Part shown: piece after piece, positions 37,903 to 47,903 of the stretch
Layout: every line of letters starts with the position of its first letter
Position numbering within the stretch: the stretch's first letter is position 1
Assembly: GCA_963811915.1 (NCBI GenBank)
Contig: CAWETC010000033.1
Span: forward strand, 3,632-67,631
Source of the DNA: an uncultured Alphaproteobacteria bacterium
Lineage (GTDB): Bacteria; Pseudomonadota; Alphaproteobacteria; Rhizobiales; Xanthobacteraceae
Direction: 5' to 3'
DNA length: 64,000 bases
Made by a program: the position numbers and the translations under genes
Notes under the pieces: generated by a model
What the model saw: the letters and a program-made list of their open reading frames with translations, nothing else
Database searches by the model: none
Told to the model about the DNA's origin: nothing

Positions 37903-39897
37903 ATGTTTGCGTCAACGCCAACCAAGGTCTGCCATCTCGTGACATTTTCGACCATCAGCCCGCCGCTCGCCCGTGCCTTGACGGCGCGCAACTACGAAAA
38001 GCCTACCCCTGTCCAGACCGCGGTGCTCGCGGATGCCGCCGTCGATCGCGACCTGCTTGTTTCGGCGCAAACCGGCTCGGGCAAAACCGTCGCCTACGGC
38101 CTGGCCATCGCAAAGGACCTGTTGGGTGATGCCGAGCGGTTCGAGCGGGCGGCCGCGCCGCTGGCCCTGATCGTGGCGCCCACGCGCGAACTCGCCTTGC
38201 AGGTCCATCGCGAGCTGGCATGGCTCTATCAGTATGCGGATGCGCGCGTGGTTTCCTGCGTCGGCGGCATGGACCCGCGCCGCGAACAGCGCGAACTGGC
38301 CGAGGGCGCTCACATCGTGGTCGGCACGCCGGGGCGGCTGTGCGACCATCTGCGGCGCGGCCGCCTCGATGTCTCGGAATTGAAGGCCGTCGTGCTCGAC
38401 GAGGCCGACGAAATGCTCGATCTGGGTTTTCGCGAGGATATGGAATTCATCCTCAAGACCACCCCGGATACAAGACGAACTCTATTGTTCTCGGCGACGT
38501 TGCCGCGCGGCATTGTCGCGTTGGCAAAACAGTATCAGCAGCAGGCGTTTCGCGTCGAGGTCGCGGGCGACGAAGGCGGCCATTCCGATATCGAGTACCG
38601 CACGATCCGGATCGCCGCCGGCGATGTCGAGCATGCGGTCGTCAATGTATTGCGCTTTTTCGAGTCGCCGGGCGCGCTGGTGTTTTGCAATACCAGAGAG
38701 GCGGTCCGGCATTTGCAGGCGACACTGCTGGAGCGCGGGTTCTCCGTGGTCGCGCTTTCGGGCGAATTGACGCAGAACGAACGCACCCAGGCGCTGCAAG
38801 CCTTGCGCGACGGACGCGCTCGCGTCTGCGTCGCCACCGACGTGGCGGCCCGCGGCATCGATCTGCCGAACCTTGATCTCGTCATTCACGCCGATCTTCC
38901 GAATGACGCTGAGGTCATGCAGCATCGCTCCGGCCGCACCGGCCGGGCCGGCCGCAAGGGTGTCAGCATCCTGCTGGTGCCTCCGGCGCGAAGGCGGCGC
39001 GCGGAGTTGCTGCTGAATCTGGCCGGAATCGAGGCCATCTCGGGGACGGCGCCGACCGCGGATGAAATTCGCAAGCTCGATCAGGAACGGATGCTGCAGG
39101 ATTCCTTGTTCGCCCAGGAGACCACCGCCGAAGATCTGGTGCTGGCGCGGGCCTTGCTCGCCGAGCGCTCGCCCGAGGATATCGCCGCCGCGCTGGCGCG
39201 GCTGTACCGGGCGCGGCTTCCTTCGCCCGAAGACATTCTCGATCCCGGCCAGGGCGCCGCCCGGTCGCGCGACGGTCGCGGCCGCGACGGAGACGGCCGC
39301 ACGCCGCGCGGCGAGGCTCACGCCGGCGGGTCGCGACCGAAGAACGGAAAATCCTCGCCGCGTCACGCCATGGCCGAAGGCAGCGTGTGGTTTCGCGCCG
39401 CCATCGGACGACGAAAGAACGCGGAAGCGCGCTGGCTGTTGCCGATGATCTGCCGCCGTGGCGGCATCGACAAGCAGGACATCGGCGCCATCCGCATCAT
39501 GGATACCACCACCGAGTTCGAAATTTCCGGACGCATGGCCGAATCCTTCGCGGTCAAAATCCGGCGTCCTGACAAGGAAGACAATATCCGCATCGAGCCG
39601 CTGACAGCTGCGCCACAGGGGCAGGCCGCTCCGGAGCAGCAATCGCACGCGCACCGGCACAAAGGCGAGAAGACCGATCACGGCCCGCATCACGACAGCG
39701 CGTCACGTGATGAGGGAAAGCCGAAGCACCACGGCAAGCCCCGCGCAGATGGCGGCCCGAGGTTTGACAAGGACGCGCCTCATAAGAAGAAAAAGCGCCA
39801 TGGGAACAACCCGGCCTGTGCTGGCCACCCGCAGCCTGCCAGCGCGCCCGCGAAGCCTGGTTTCGGAAAGAAGGCCAAGAAGAATCGTCGCGGCTAG
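37903..39897 (+). CDS. DEAD-box ATP-dependent RNA helicase with DbpA-type RNA-binding domain and His/Lys-rich tail
   Basis: PTPVQ (Q motif), AQTGSGKT, VLDEADEMLD, SAT, HRSGRTGRAG. DbpA-like WFRAAIGRRKNAEARWLLPMICRRGGIDKQDIGAIRI. The stop TAG is the first 3 nt of a family A repeat. Confidence 0.88.
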   Translation: MFASTPTKVCHLVTFSTISPPLARALTARNYEKPTPVQTAVLADAAVDRDLLVSAQTGSGKTVAYGLAIAKDLLGDAERFERAAAPLALIVAPTRELALQVHRELAWLYQYADARVVSCVGGMDPRREQRELAEGAHIVVGTPGRLCDHLRRGRLDVSELKAVVLDEADEMLDLGFREDMEFILKTTPDTRRTLLFSATLPRGIVALAKQYQQQAFRVEVAGDEGGHSDIEYRTIRIAAGDVEHAVVNVLRFFESPGALVFCNTREAVRHLQATLLERGFSVVALSGELTQNERTQALQALRDGRARVCVATDVAARGIDLPNLDLVIHADLPNDAEVMQHRSGRTGRAGRKGVSILLVPPARRRRAELLLNLAGIEAISGTAPTADEIRKLDQERMLQDSLFAQETTAEDLVLARALLAERSPEDIAAALARLYRARLPSPEDILDPGQGAARSRDGRGRDGDGRTPRGEAHAGGSRPKNGKSSPRHAMAEGSVWFRAAIGRRKNAEARWLLPMICRRGGIDKQDIGAIRIMDTTTEFEISGRMAESFAVKIRRPDKEDNIRIEPLTAAPQGQAAPEQQSHAHRHKGEKTDHGPHHDSASRDEGKPKHHGKPRADGGPRFDKDAPHKKKKRHGNNPACAGHPQPASAPAKPGFGKKAKKNRRG

Positions 39898-39998
39898 AGC
39901 CTCATCGGTTCTGATTGTATCAGAACCGGGCTCCGGTCTTTTGTTTTGACGCGGTTTCTTGATGTGAACCGGTGTCCACTTTGCGCGAGAACGCTCTG
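39895..39998 (+). repeat. repeat family A (MITE-like) with terminator-like left half
   Basis: TAGAGCCtcatcGGTTCTGATtgtATCAGAACCggGCTCcggTCTTTTGTTTTgacgcggtttcttgatgtgaaccggtgtccactttgcgcgagaacgctctga. Confidence 0.85.
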
Positions 39999-40012
39999 AT
40001 GCCCGCGTCGGT

Positions 40013-40927
40013 TCAGCCAAAGAAATCCCGCAGCATCTTGTTGACAGTCTCGGGGAGTTCGACCTCGGGAAGGTGCCCGGCGCCGTCGAGGACCTCCAGT
40101 CTGCCCTGCGGTAATGCCTTGACCAGAACCGCGGCGTTCTGATCGACCGGGTTGACGCGGTCCTCGCGGCCGGAAATCAGCAGCACCGGAAAGTCCAGCT
40201 TCGGCGCGACCTCTTCGGGGCTGTAGCCGTCGGCCAGACCGAGCTTGACGCCGTGCATGAAGCCACGCGCGTTGGTGGCGCGCACGACATTGCTCACCAG
40301 CTCGATGGTCTGCGGCGAGGCGCTGGCGGCGAGCAGCGCGTTGACGCGCATGCCGAAGGCATATCCGCCCTTGGCGATCTGTGCTTCGCGGGTGGCGATG
40401 ATCTTGCTCTTTTTATCCTCGCTCATGTTGTGCGGTCCGATACCGGTTCCGGTCATCGCGAGTTTGATGATGCGGCCGGGATAATGCACGGCGAAGCACT
40501 GTGCGACCCGACTGCCGAAAGAATTGCCGACCAGGTTGATGCGATCGAGCTTTACCGCGGCGAGGAAATCATTGAGCGCGTTTGCAAACGTCTCGCAGTC
40601 GGGGTTGTCGGTCTTCAGGGCATCGGAGAGGATATATCCCGGCGCATTCCAGGCGACGACGTGATAGCGGTCCGACAATCCGGCGAACTGATAGCGCCAA
40701 TGCGTGGAATTGGCGCCGACCCCATGGAGCAGCACGAGAGCGGGCGCGTCGGAACGTCCCGCTTCCATATAGCTCCAGCGGTCGCCGAGATAATTCGCGC
40801 GCGAAGCCGCGGGGATTTCCGCGAATTTCAATTCGGGCAACGGCGGAAGCGAAGGCGTTTGCGCCCGGACAGGCGCAATCGATAACAGCGCCAGGATCAG
40901 AAATGCAGCCAGCTTCCGCGCAGACAT
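40013..40927 (-). CDS. secreted alpha/beta-fold hydrolase
   Basis: Signal [38 protein letters not shown] nucleophile elbow, GAGHLP. Confidence 0.8.
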   Translation of the reverse strand: MSARKLAAFLILALLSIAPVRAQTPSLPPLPELKFAEIPAASRANYLGDRWSYMEAGRSDAPALVLLHGVGANSTHWRYQFAGLSDRYHVVAWNAPGYILSDALKTDNPDCETFANALNDFLAAVKLDRINLVGNSFGSRVAQCFAVHYPGRIIKLAMTGTGIGPHNMSEDKKSKIIATREAQIAKGGYAFGMRVNALLAASASPQTIELVSNVVRATNARGFMHGVKLGLADGYSPEEVAPKLDFPVLLISGREDRVNPVDQNAAVLVKALPQGRLEVLDGAGHLPEVELPETVNKMLRDFFG

Positions 40928-41202
40928 GAAAACTCCGAACTTGTGGGGTGACGGATGACGGTGTCGTGATTCGCCAGTTTCCTGGATGAACTGTACTTGC
41001 GTGAACGATAGGGGCCTTCCAGACCGCGCACAATCGGGCGGATATGTCCAACGGCGCGTACCAAAACAACCGATATCGCTTGGCTCGTCCCGCGGATGAT
41101 TTGCCTGGCGGGTAAAAGTTCCCTTGTCCTTGGTAAATATTGTTCGCCCGATACCGTGCAACCGAATGCCCGCTCGGAATTTGGTTAGCAGGAGGACTAA
41201 AG

Positions 41203-41724
41203 TTGAAACATATCCTCAAACCCTTTGTATTCCTGCTCGCCGCCATCTATTTCCTGGTGGACGCGGTATTTTTGACCATCGCCAGGCCGATCGCCCGCTG
41301 GCTCGCGGAGCTTTGGATTTTTGATCGCCTGCGCACATGGATCGTGTCCCTGCGCCCTTACCCCACACTCGCGCTGTTTATGGTGCCAGTCCTTATCCTC
41401 GAGCCTGTCAAGCCCGTTGCCGCCTATCTGACAGCGACAGGTCACATTGTGAGCGGGCTAACGGTGCTTCTCGTTGGCGAGCTTCTCAAGCTTATCCTGA
41501 TCGAACGTCTGTTTTGCATCAGCCGCGACAAGCTGATGTCGATTGCTGCGTTCGCGTGGTGTTACGACAAATTTCGCCAGGCCCGGGATTGGTTCGAATC
41601 CTCCAGGGCATGGCGATTGGCGCGACGTTTACGTCTCCTTGCCGGCTATCTTGTTCGCAGGCATGTCCACGAACTGAAGACATTCTCGCGGAAGCAGCAT
41701 CGTCTTTCCTGGCAAGGGCGTTGA
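41203..41724 (+). CDS. conserved-looking membrane protein, function unknown
   Basis: TTG start 8 nt after [38 protein letters not shown]..., 3-4 TM helices and a basic C-terminus. Confidence 0.55.
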   Translation: MKHILKPFVFLLAAIYFLVDAVFLTIARPIARWLAELWIFDRLRTWIVSLRPYPTLALFMVPVLILEPVKPVAAYLTATGHIVSGLTVLLVGELLKLILIERLFCISRDKLMSIAAFAWCYDKFRQARDWFESSRAWRLARRLRLLAGYLVRRHVHELKTFSRKQHRLSWQGR

Positions 41725-41817
41725 TCCCGCAGGGTTCTCTCAAGCAACCGATGTTTCAGCGGAGCACCGACACGTTGCGGGAGTGTTGGGCCTGTTGATC
41801 GCGTTCAGTAACCGCTC

Positions 41818-42633
41818 TCAACGGGTGTCCTTAGGGGGCGCTTTTTGCTCCATTAGCTGCACCTCGACAGCGCCGATTTGCTCAAGGTCAAATCGATAAC
41901 TGGCGTCTTCTGTGGGAAATACGGTTTTCATGACGCTTCCGGTCATCACGACTTGACCGGCTTTCAGCCCCGCGCCCCTCGAAGCCAGTTGCGCAGCCAG
42001 CCATGCGACCGAATTTAAGGGATGTCCGAGGATGTCGCGTCCGTATCCTTCGCCGATCGCAACACCATCCTTCGTTGCGCGCCCCAATACGCTCGCCAGA
42101 TCAGGCCATGTCGTCGCAAATTCCGACAGCACGATGCCGCCGTTCCAGGAATTGTCGGCGACAAGCGAAAGAACGTCGAGATTGGCATAGTCCGCGTTGC
42201 GATCGTCGACGAGTTCGACGGCTGCGCAAATGCCATCGATGTGAGGTTCGATCAAATCGGCGGTAAACGGCCCGCTCGCGGCCGGGACGTCCGACTTGAT
42301 GCGAACGGCGATTTCAAATTCCAGGCCGAGTCGTCCGTAATCCGAACGCCGGACTATCGCTCCCGATCGATGGACGCGTTTGGCGAGCACGGCACCCGCG
42401 ATAGGATGGTCAATCCCACAAAATGCCTGCATCGTCGCCGATGTAAGTCCAACCTTATAGCCCACGGTGGCGCCGTGCTCGCTGTGGAGCAGCGCCACAT
42501 ATTTGTCCTGGATATCATAGGCGTCCGAGATCGTCGCGGGCGCGCCCTGCGGGCCAAGCGTGTTGAAGCGCAAATTGGCCTTGTGTTCGGCGAGCAGCGC
42601 TTCGGCTGCTCGCCCGGCAGCGATGTTCTCCAC
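41818..42633 (-). CDS. 2-keto-4-pentenoate hydratase / 2-oxohepta-3-ene-1,7-dioate hydratase family (FAH fold)
   Basis: DAYDIQDKYVALL, GYKVGLTS, LEFEIAVRI, VMTGSV. Confidence 0.8.
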   Translation of the reverse strand: MENIAAGRAAEALLAEHKANLRFNTLGPQGAPATISDAYDIQDKYVALLHSEHGATVGYKVGLTSATMQAFCGIDHPIAGAVLAKRVHRSGAIVRRSDYGRLGLEFEIAVRIKSDVPAASGPFTADLIEPHIDGICAAVELVDDRNADYANLDVLSLVADNSWNGGIVLSEFATTWPDLASVLGRATKDGVAIGEGYGRDILGHPLNSVAWLAAQLASRGAGLKAGQVVMTGSVMKTVFPTEDASYRFDLEQIGAVEVQLMEQKAPPKDTR

Positions 42634-43396
42634 GGAGCTTCTCCCTTTTCGTAAATCCTAGCGTGCTATGGGCTGCGGTCAAACAGGTTCCGCGAAAGCA
42701 ATGACGCTGACCGCTGCGGTCCGCTCGCGCCCGCACATCATCGCCCGCCGGGCAAATCAATCATCTGCTCGGTGTGCTCTGTGTTGGCCTGTCCAGCCCA
42801 ACCTCAAAAAATATTCTGCTTCGCGGATCGGTAGAAACAGCAATACATCAGGCAAATCCCGTCCCGATCAGAGGGGCGTTTCGCGATCGTCACGGACGCG
42901 GGGCGGGATGCGATGGACGTGATGGCGCCTTTGACGAGCGGCACCAAAGCGGACGGTGAAGTCGTGTGGTCCTGACGCCCCGACGCTGGCGTCAAGTTGG
43001 TGGAGGCAACTCCGCTAATGATGGTGGCAAACAAAGCCCGGTCACCAGGGAGAGCACGAAGGAAACCGTTAAAACCATTGCGCAGGGAAGGCCGGGTGTC
43101 CCGGTGAACCTGTGGTGACTAACGCGCGTGTTTACTACACTCCACGCGCGGCCGCGGGTGCAACGGGCACCCGGCTTTCCCTGCGCCCTCTGTTTTCGAG
43201 GGCAGAGGTTTTTGCAAAACTCGGGCGGATTGCGCCGCGGGATGGCGGAAGTGTGTGGAATTAGCCACTTTGTTTCGCTTCGTCGCTGCGGACGCAGGGA
43301 CGCCGTTGAGAGGAGATCACGCTTTTCATCGCCTCGAGTTGATCGACCGGCCCAACCGTGCAAGATGACCGTCATCCTCATCCAGACTCGCCATCC

Positions 43397-44629
43397 ATGA
43401 CCATACCCTCCGTCACGCCTTCGCAAATCCGCCGCGCGCTGTTGTTGCGCGATGAAATCGCGCTGCTTGATCTGCGGCACGAGGCCGACTTTGCCAGCGG
43501 TCACCCATTGTTCGCCGCCAACATGGCGGCCGATCGGATCGTGCTCGAATCCGAGATGCGGCTGCCTCGCAGGGACGTGCCTGTCGTTGTCTACGACGCC
43601 GGCGAAGGTCTCGTGGCGCAGGCGGCGGATCGGCTTGGGGCACTGGGATATACCGATGTGCGCCAGCTCGGCGGCGGGGTCCAGGCCTGGAAGAATGCGG
43701 GTTATGAACTTTTCCAGGACGTAAATTCCTATGCCAAGGCGTTCGGCGAACTGGTGGAGTCACGCCGGCATACGCCTTTCCTGCGCGCAGAAGAAGTCGC
43801 CGCGCTGATCGCGAACGAGGCAAACATCGCCATTCTCGATGTCCGGCGGTTCGACGAATATGAGACCATGAACATACCCGGCTCCGTCAGCGTGCCCGGC
43901 GCGGAATTGGTGCTCCGCGCGGGCCGCGTCGCGCCCGATCCCGAGACCACCATCATCGTGAATTGCGCGGGCCGCACCCGCTCGATCGTCGGCGCCCAGT
44001 CGCTCATTAATGCCGGCATCTCCAACAAGGTGGTCGCGCTACGCAACGGCACGATCGGCTGGACGCTCGCCAAACAAGAGCTTGAGCATGGTGCTGACCG
44101 GCGCGGCGGGATCGGCCTGTTCGAGGGCGCGCGAACCAATGCCCGTGAGGTCGCCTATCGCGCCGGCGTCAAGCATGTCGGCCCGGAAGAGGTCGCCGCG
44201 CTCCAGGCGCAGGCCCATCGCACGCTCTATCGCTTCGACGTTCGCGACGCTGAAGATTATGCCGCCGGGCATATCGCAGGTTTTCGCCACTACCCGGGCG
44301 GGCAATTGGTTCAGGAGATCGACATGGCCGCGCCGGTGCGTGGCGCGCGCATCCTTCTCACCGACGACAGGGGGGTGCGTGCCGACATGACGGCGTCCTG
44401 GCTCGCGCAAATGGGATGGGAGACCTACGTGCTCGAGGGCGGCTACGATCGCGTCTTGGACGTGGGGCCGCCGCAGGTTTTGCCAAAGCCCGACCCGGCC
44501 CACCGCTACCGGCGTCCCTATGAGGGCACCAATGTCGCTGATGGCGCGATGCAGGCCTATCTCGATTGGGAATACGGCCTCGTCGAACAACTCAGGCGTG
44601 ATGCCATCCACGGGTTCTTCGTGATTTGA
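43397..44629 (+). CDS. multi-rhodanese-domain sulfurtransferase
   Basis: Three rhodanese-like repeats. Active-site loop IVNCAGRTRS. C-terminal PYEG..MQAYLDWE motif. Confidence 0.8.
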   Translation: MTIPSVTPSQIRRALLLRDEIALLDLRHEADFASGHPLFAANMAADRIVLESEMRLPRRDVPVVVYDAGEGLVAQAADRLGALGYTDVRQLGGGVQAWKNAGYELFQDVNSYAKAFGELVESRRHTPFLRAEEVAALIANEANIAILDVRRFDEYETMNIPGSVSVPGAELVLRAGRVAPDPETTIIVNCAGRTRSIVGAQSLINAGISNKVVALRNGTIGWTLAKQELEHGADRRGGIGLFEGARTNAREVAYRAGVKHVGPEEVAALQAQAHRTLYRFDVRDAEDYAAGHIAGFRHYPGGQLVQEIDMAAPVRGARILLTDDRGVRADMTASWLAQMGWETYVLEGGYDRVLDVGPPQVLPKPDPAHRYRRPYEGTNVADGAMQAYLDWEYGLVEQLRRDAIHGFFVI

Positions 44630-44770
44630 TATAGGTTCTTCGTCATTTCACGTCGGACGCCAGTGATGACGCGTTATGCAATCTCTCATTGATGACCAAT
44701 CCGGATCGACGGGGTAGTGTGCGCGCCGCGGCTCGTTTTGGAGCCGCGAATGCGAAGGAAATGTTGAACT

Positions 44771-45178
44771 ATGACGATCGAGAAAATTCAGCCGGAAGCC
44801 CTGTTCAAGCGCAATGTCGGCGGGCACCTGCTGTATTCCCATGTGGTTGTCGCCTCCGGCGAAAAGATGGTTTTCATCTCCGGGCAACTGGCGCGCAACA
44901 AGAATGGCGACATCGTCGGGGCCGGCGATATGCGCGCCCAGATCAGGCAGGTCGGTGAAAACCTCAAGAACGCGCTGGAGGCCGCCGGCGCCACGCTGGA
45001 CGATCTGGTCAGGACCACGACCTTCGTGACCGACATCGACGAATTTTTCAGGCATGTCGATATCCGGCATGACTATCTCGGCGTCAGCCTGCCGGCCAGT
45101 ACAACCGTTGAAGTGCGCCGGTTGTCGCACCCCGATCTCGTGGTTGAAATCGAGGCCATGGCTGTTCTCAAGGGCTGA
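44771..45178 (+). CDS. RidA/YjgF family reactive-intermediate deaminase
   Basis: VFISGQLA, GDMRAQIRQVGENLKNALEAAGATLDDLVRTTTFV, VEIEAMA. Confidence 0.88.
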   Translation: MTIEKIQPEALFKRNVGGHLLYSHVVVASGEKMVFISGQLARNKNGDIVGAGDMRAQIRQVGENLKNALEAAGATLDDLVRTTTFVTDIDEFFRHVDIRHDYLGVSLPASTTVEVRRLSHPDLVVEIEAMAVLKG

Positions 45179-45220
45179 GAAAGGTCCGATGATCCCGAGC
45201 CCTCACATAAAGGAAAACTG

Positions 45221-46273
45221 ATGAAGCCGTCCTTCGAGAGAATTTCGCGCCGCGCGTGGATGATGGGCGCGGCCGGCGCCGCGATCGCGTCTCCCTTTAT
45301 TTCCCGGTCGCCGGCCTCCGCTGCTGATATCCCCCATATCCGCTATGCGACCGGCGGCGGTATTGGTCCGAACGAGATGGAGACCATCATCTTTCTGGAC
45401 CACCTCAAGCAGAACGTGCTCAAGAACTACGGCAAGTCCTATACCCTGGACATCACCTTCACGCGCGGGACGCCCGAAGCGGCGGCACTGCTGGCGGCGG
45501 GGCAGGCCGATCTGGCGACGCTGTCCGGGCCAGCCTTTGCCACCATCATCGTCAAGGACGCCGTGCCAAGCGGGCTCACGATCATCTCGGACAATTACCA
45601 GGACGGGCACCCCGGCAATGCGACCAACAGCTTCATGGTGTTGAAGGACTCGCCGATCAAGAGCGTGACCGATCTGAAAGGCAAGAAAATCGGCGTCAAC
45701 GCCTTTGCCTCGGCGGTCGATCTGGCCTTGCGGGTGATGCTCAAGAAGAACGGCATCGATCCCCGGCGCGACGTCGAAATCGTCGAGATCGCGTTTCCGA
45801 ATATTGCCTCGGCCATTCGCGAGAAGCGCATCGATTGCGGTGTGCTCGTAATTCCTTTCCTGGCTGTGGAGAGCCCCAAGGGAGACCTGCGGCCAGTGTT
45901 CACCGGTGGCGATGCGTTCGGGCCGTCCTCGGTGATCTTTCAGGTCACGACCAACACCTTCCTGAAAGAGCATCCCGATGCCGTGCGCGGTTTCCTGGCC
46001 GATTACGTCGATGGCCTCGGCTGGTATTACGATCGCGCCAACCGCGAGCAGGCGATCCAGATTGTGTCGGACTTCACCAAATCGCCCAAGGAAGTCCTGA
46101 ATTCGTACTTCGCGACCGACCGCGACTATTATCGCGATCCCGGCGGGTGCGTTTCAGCGTCGACAATCCAAAAGCCGCTCGATGCCATGTTCGAAGAGAA
46201 ACTGATCGGCCGCAGCATCGACGTCTCAAAATATCTCAATCTCAGTTTGCTGCCGAAACCATGCGCGCTGTGA
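45221..46273 (+). CDS. ABC transporter substrate-binding protein, NitT/TauT (SsuA/NMT1-like) family, Tat signal
   Basis: SRRAWMMGAAGAAIASPF signal. The family call rests on the adjacent ATPase and two permeases of that type. Confidence 0.8.
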   Translation: MKPSFERISRRAWMMGAAGAAIASPFISRSPASAADIPHIRYATGGGIGPNEMETIIFLDHLKQNVLKNYGKSYTLDITFTRGTPEAAALLAAGQADLATLSGPAFATIIVKDAVPSGLTIISDNYQDGHPGNATNSFMVLKDSPIKSVTDLKGKKIGVNAFASAVDLALRVMLKKNGIDPRRDVEIVEIAFPNIASAIREKRIDCGVLVIPFLAVESPKGDLRPVFTGGDAFGPSSVIFQVTTNTFLKEHPDAVRGFLADYVDGLGWYYDRANREQAIQIVSDFTKSPKEVLNSYFATDRDYYRDPGGCVSASTIQKPLDAMFEEKLIGRSIDVSKYLNLSLLPKPCAL

Positions 46274-47094
46274 CCGACAACAAGGCCGAGATTTCGCGAA
46301 CCGTAATTCCGAAGGTTCAGATCCAGGGGGTTTCCAAATCCTATCCGGGCGATAAAAGTCCGGTACTGGCGCTCAGGGCGGTCGATATCTCGATCGCGGA
46401 GGGTGAGTTCGTGTCGATCGTCGGACCTTCCGGCTGCGGCAAGAGCACCTTGCTGTACGTGCTGGGTGGTTTTCTGAAGGCCGACGGGAAGGTTCTCGTC
46501 GACGGCAAGGCGATCGAGGGTCCCGGCACCGACCGCGGCGTCGTCTTTCAGGAATATGCGCTGTTTCCCTGGCTTACGGTGCGCAACAACATCCTCTATG
46601 GCCTGGAACGCGGGCCGCTGCCGCCGGACGCGCGCGCGCGCTTAACGGACCGGCTGATCGGCGTCATCGGACTAAAGGGGTTTGAGGACCGGTATCCCCG
46701 TGAATTGTCCGGCGGCATGAAGCAGCGCGTCGCCATCGCGCGCACGCTGGCCTGTGACCCCGCCATCCTCCTGCTTGACGAACCTTTCGGGGCGCTCGAC
46801 GCGCAGACCCGCGAGGTGATGCAGGACGAATTGCTCCGGATCTGGCTCGAGACCCGGAAAACGGTATTGATGATCACGCATGATGTCAGCGAGGCGGTCT
46901 ATCTCTCTAATCGGATCTGTGTGATGTCGGCCCGGCCGGGACAGATCGTCGACGAATTCAAGATCGATCTCGACCGGACTATCCCGCGCGAGCAGCTCTT
47001 CACGTCCGATGCCTTCAACAAGACCCGCAACGAAGTCTGGATTTCGGTCCGGCGCGAGGCGCTTGCCGCGGAAAAGCTGAATGCAAAGGTCTGA
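46261..47094 (+). CDS. ABC transporter ATP-binding protein (NitT/TauT family)
   Basis: GPSGCGKST (Walker A), LSGGMKQRVAIAR, LLLDEPFGALD. Confidence 0.92.
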   Translation: MRAVTDNKAEISRTVIPKVQIQGVSKSYPGDKSPVLALRAVDISIAEGEFVSIVGPSGCGKSTLLYVLGGFLKADGKVLVDGKAIEGPGTDRGVVFQEYALFPWLTVRNNILYGLERGPLPPDARARLTDRLIGVIGLKGFEDRYPRELSGGMKQRVAIARTLACDPAILLLDEPFGALDAQTREVMQDELLRIWLETRKTVLMITHDVSEAVYLSNRICVMSARPGQIVDEFKIDLDRTIPREQLFTSDAFNKTRNEVWISVRREALAAEKLNAKV

Positions 47095-47875
47095 TCCTTA
47101 TTCGGTTTTTTGGTCGCCGGCGGGGCGGATTGTTCCGCTGGTTGTGATCGCTTTGATATGGCAGGCGGTCAGCGCCGCCAAGCTGATCGACCCGTCTTTC
47201 CTGCCGTCGCCGGTGCGCGTGGGTTACGCCATGTACGATCTTCTGGCGGGCCGGGAGATCAGGGACAATCTTCTGGTCACGCTGGCGCGGGCAGCCATCG
47301 GTCTCGTTCTGGGCTCCGCGGCCGGCATATGGCTCGGGCTGATGATGGCGCGCTCCGAGAGGTTTCGCGCCTATGCGGCGCCGATCGTCGGCGGCACTTA
47401 TTCGCTGCCGAAGTCGGCACTGATTCCGCTGTTCATTCTGTGGTTCGGAATCGGCACCGCGACGACGGTGTGCGCGGTGTTCCTCGCCTGCCTGCTGCCG
47501 ATGGTCGTGAATACGTTCCAGGGCGTCGCCTCGACGCCTCGTGTACTGGTCTGGGGCGCAGAAGCGCTCGGCACGCGGCCGCGCGAGATGTTGCTGCGGG
47601 TATTCCTGCCACACGCGCTTCCGGATATTTTTACCGGGCTGCGGGTGGCGCTGGGATTCTCGTTTGTGCTGGCGATTTCTTCGGAAATGATCGCCGCGAC
47701 CAATGGCATCGGAAAATTGATCTTCATGTACGGCGAGAACGGTGCCTACGATTACATGTTTGCCGCCATCGGCTGCGTGGTCGTGGTGGCGTTCCTGGCC
47801 GATCGCCTGTTGCTGGTTCTGACCGGAAAATGCCTGCGCTGGCACGAGTCGATGATCTCGCAAAAGGCAACATGA
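47081..47875 (+). CDS. ABC transporter permease
   Basis: 6 TM, binding-protein-dependent transport signature region. Overlaps the ATPase stop. Confidence 0.88.
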   Translation: MQRSDPYSVFWSPAGRIVPLVVIALIWQAVSAAKLIDPSFLPSPVRVGYAMYDLLAGREIRDNLLVTLARAAIGLVLGSAAGIWLGLMMARSERFRAYAAPIVGGTYSLPKSALIPLFILWFGIGTATTVCAVFLACLLPMVVNTFQGVASTPRVLVWGAEALGTRPREMLLRVFLPHALPDIFTGLRVALGFSFVLAISSEMIAATNGIGKLIFMYGENGAYDYMFAAIGCVVVVAFLADRLLLVLTGKCLRWHESMISQKAT

Positions 47876-47903
47876 GCAACGCCGTCAAGAGCAGGGTCCG
47901 ATA

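Noticed and set aside
42634-43396. 760-bp ORF-free intergenic region with several hairpins (for example GCCCTC-tgttttc-GAGGGC followed by ttttt at ~43185-43215)
   Set aside because: It resembles the mosaic repeat-rich spacers common in Bradyrhizobiaceae. Only one copy lies in this window and I found no recognisable RNA family.
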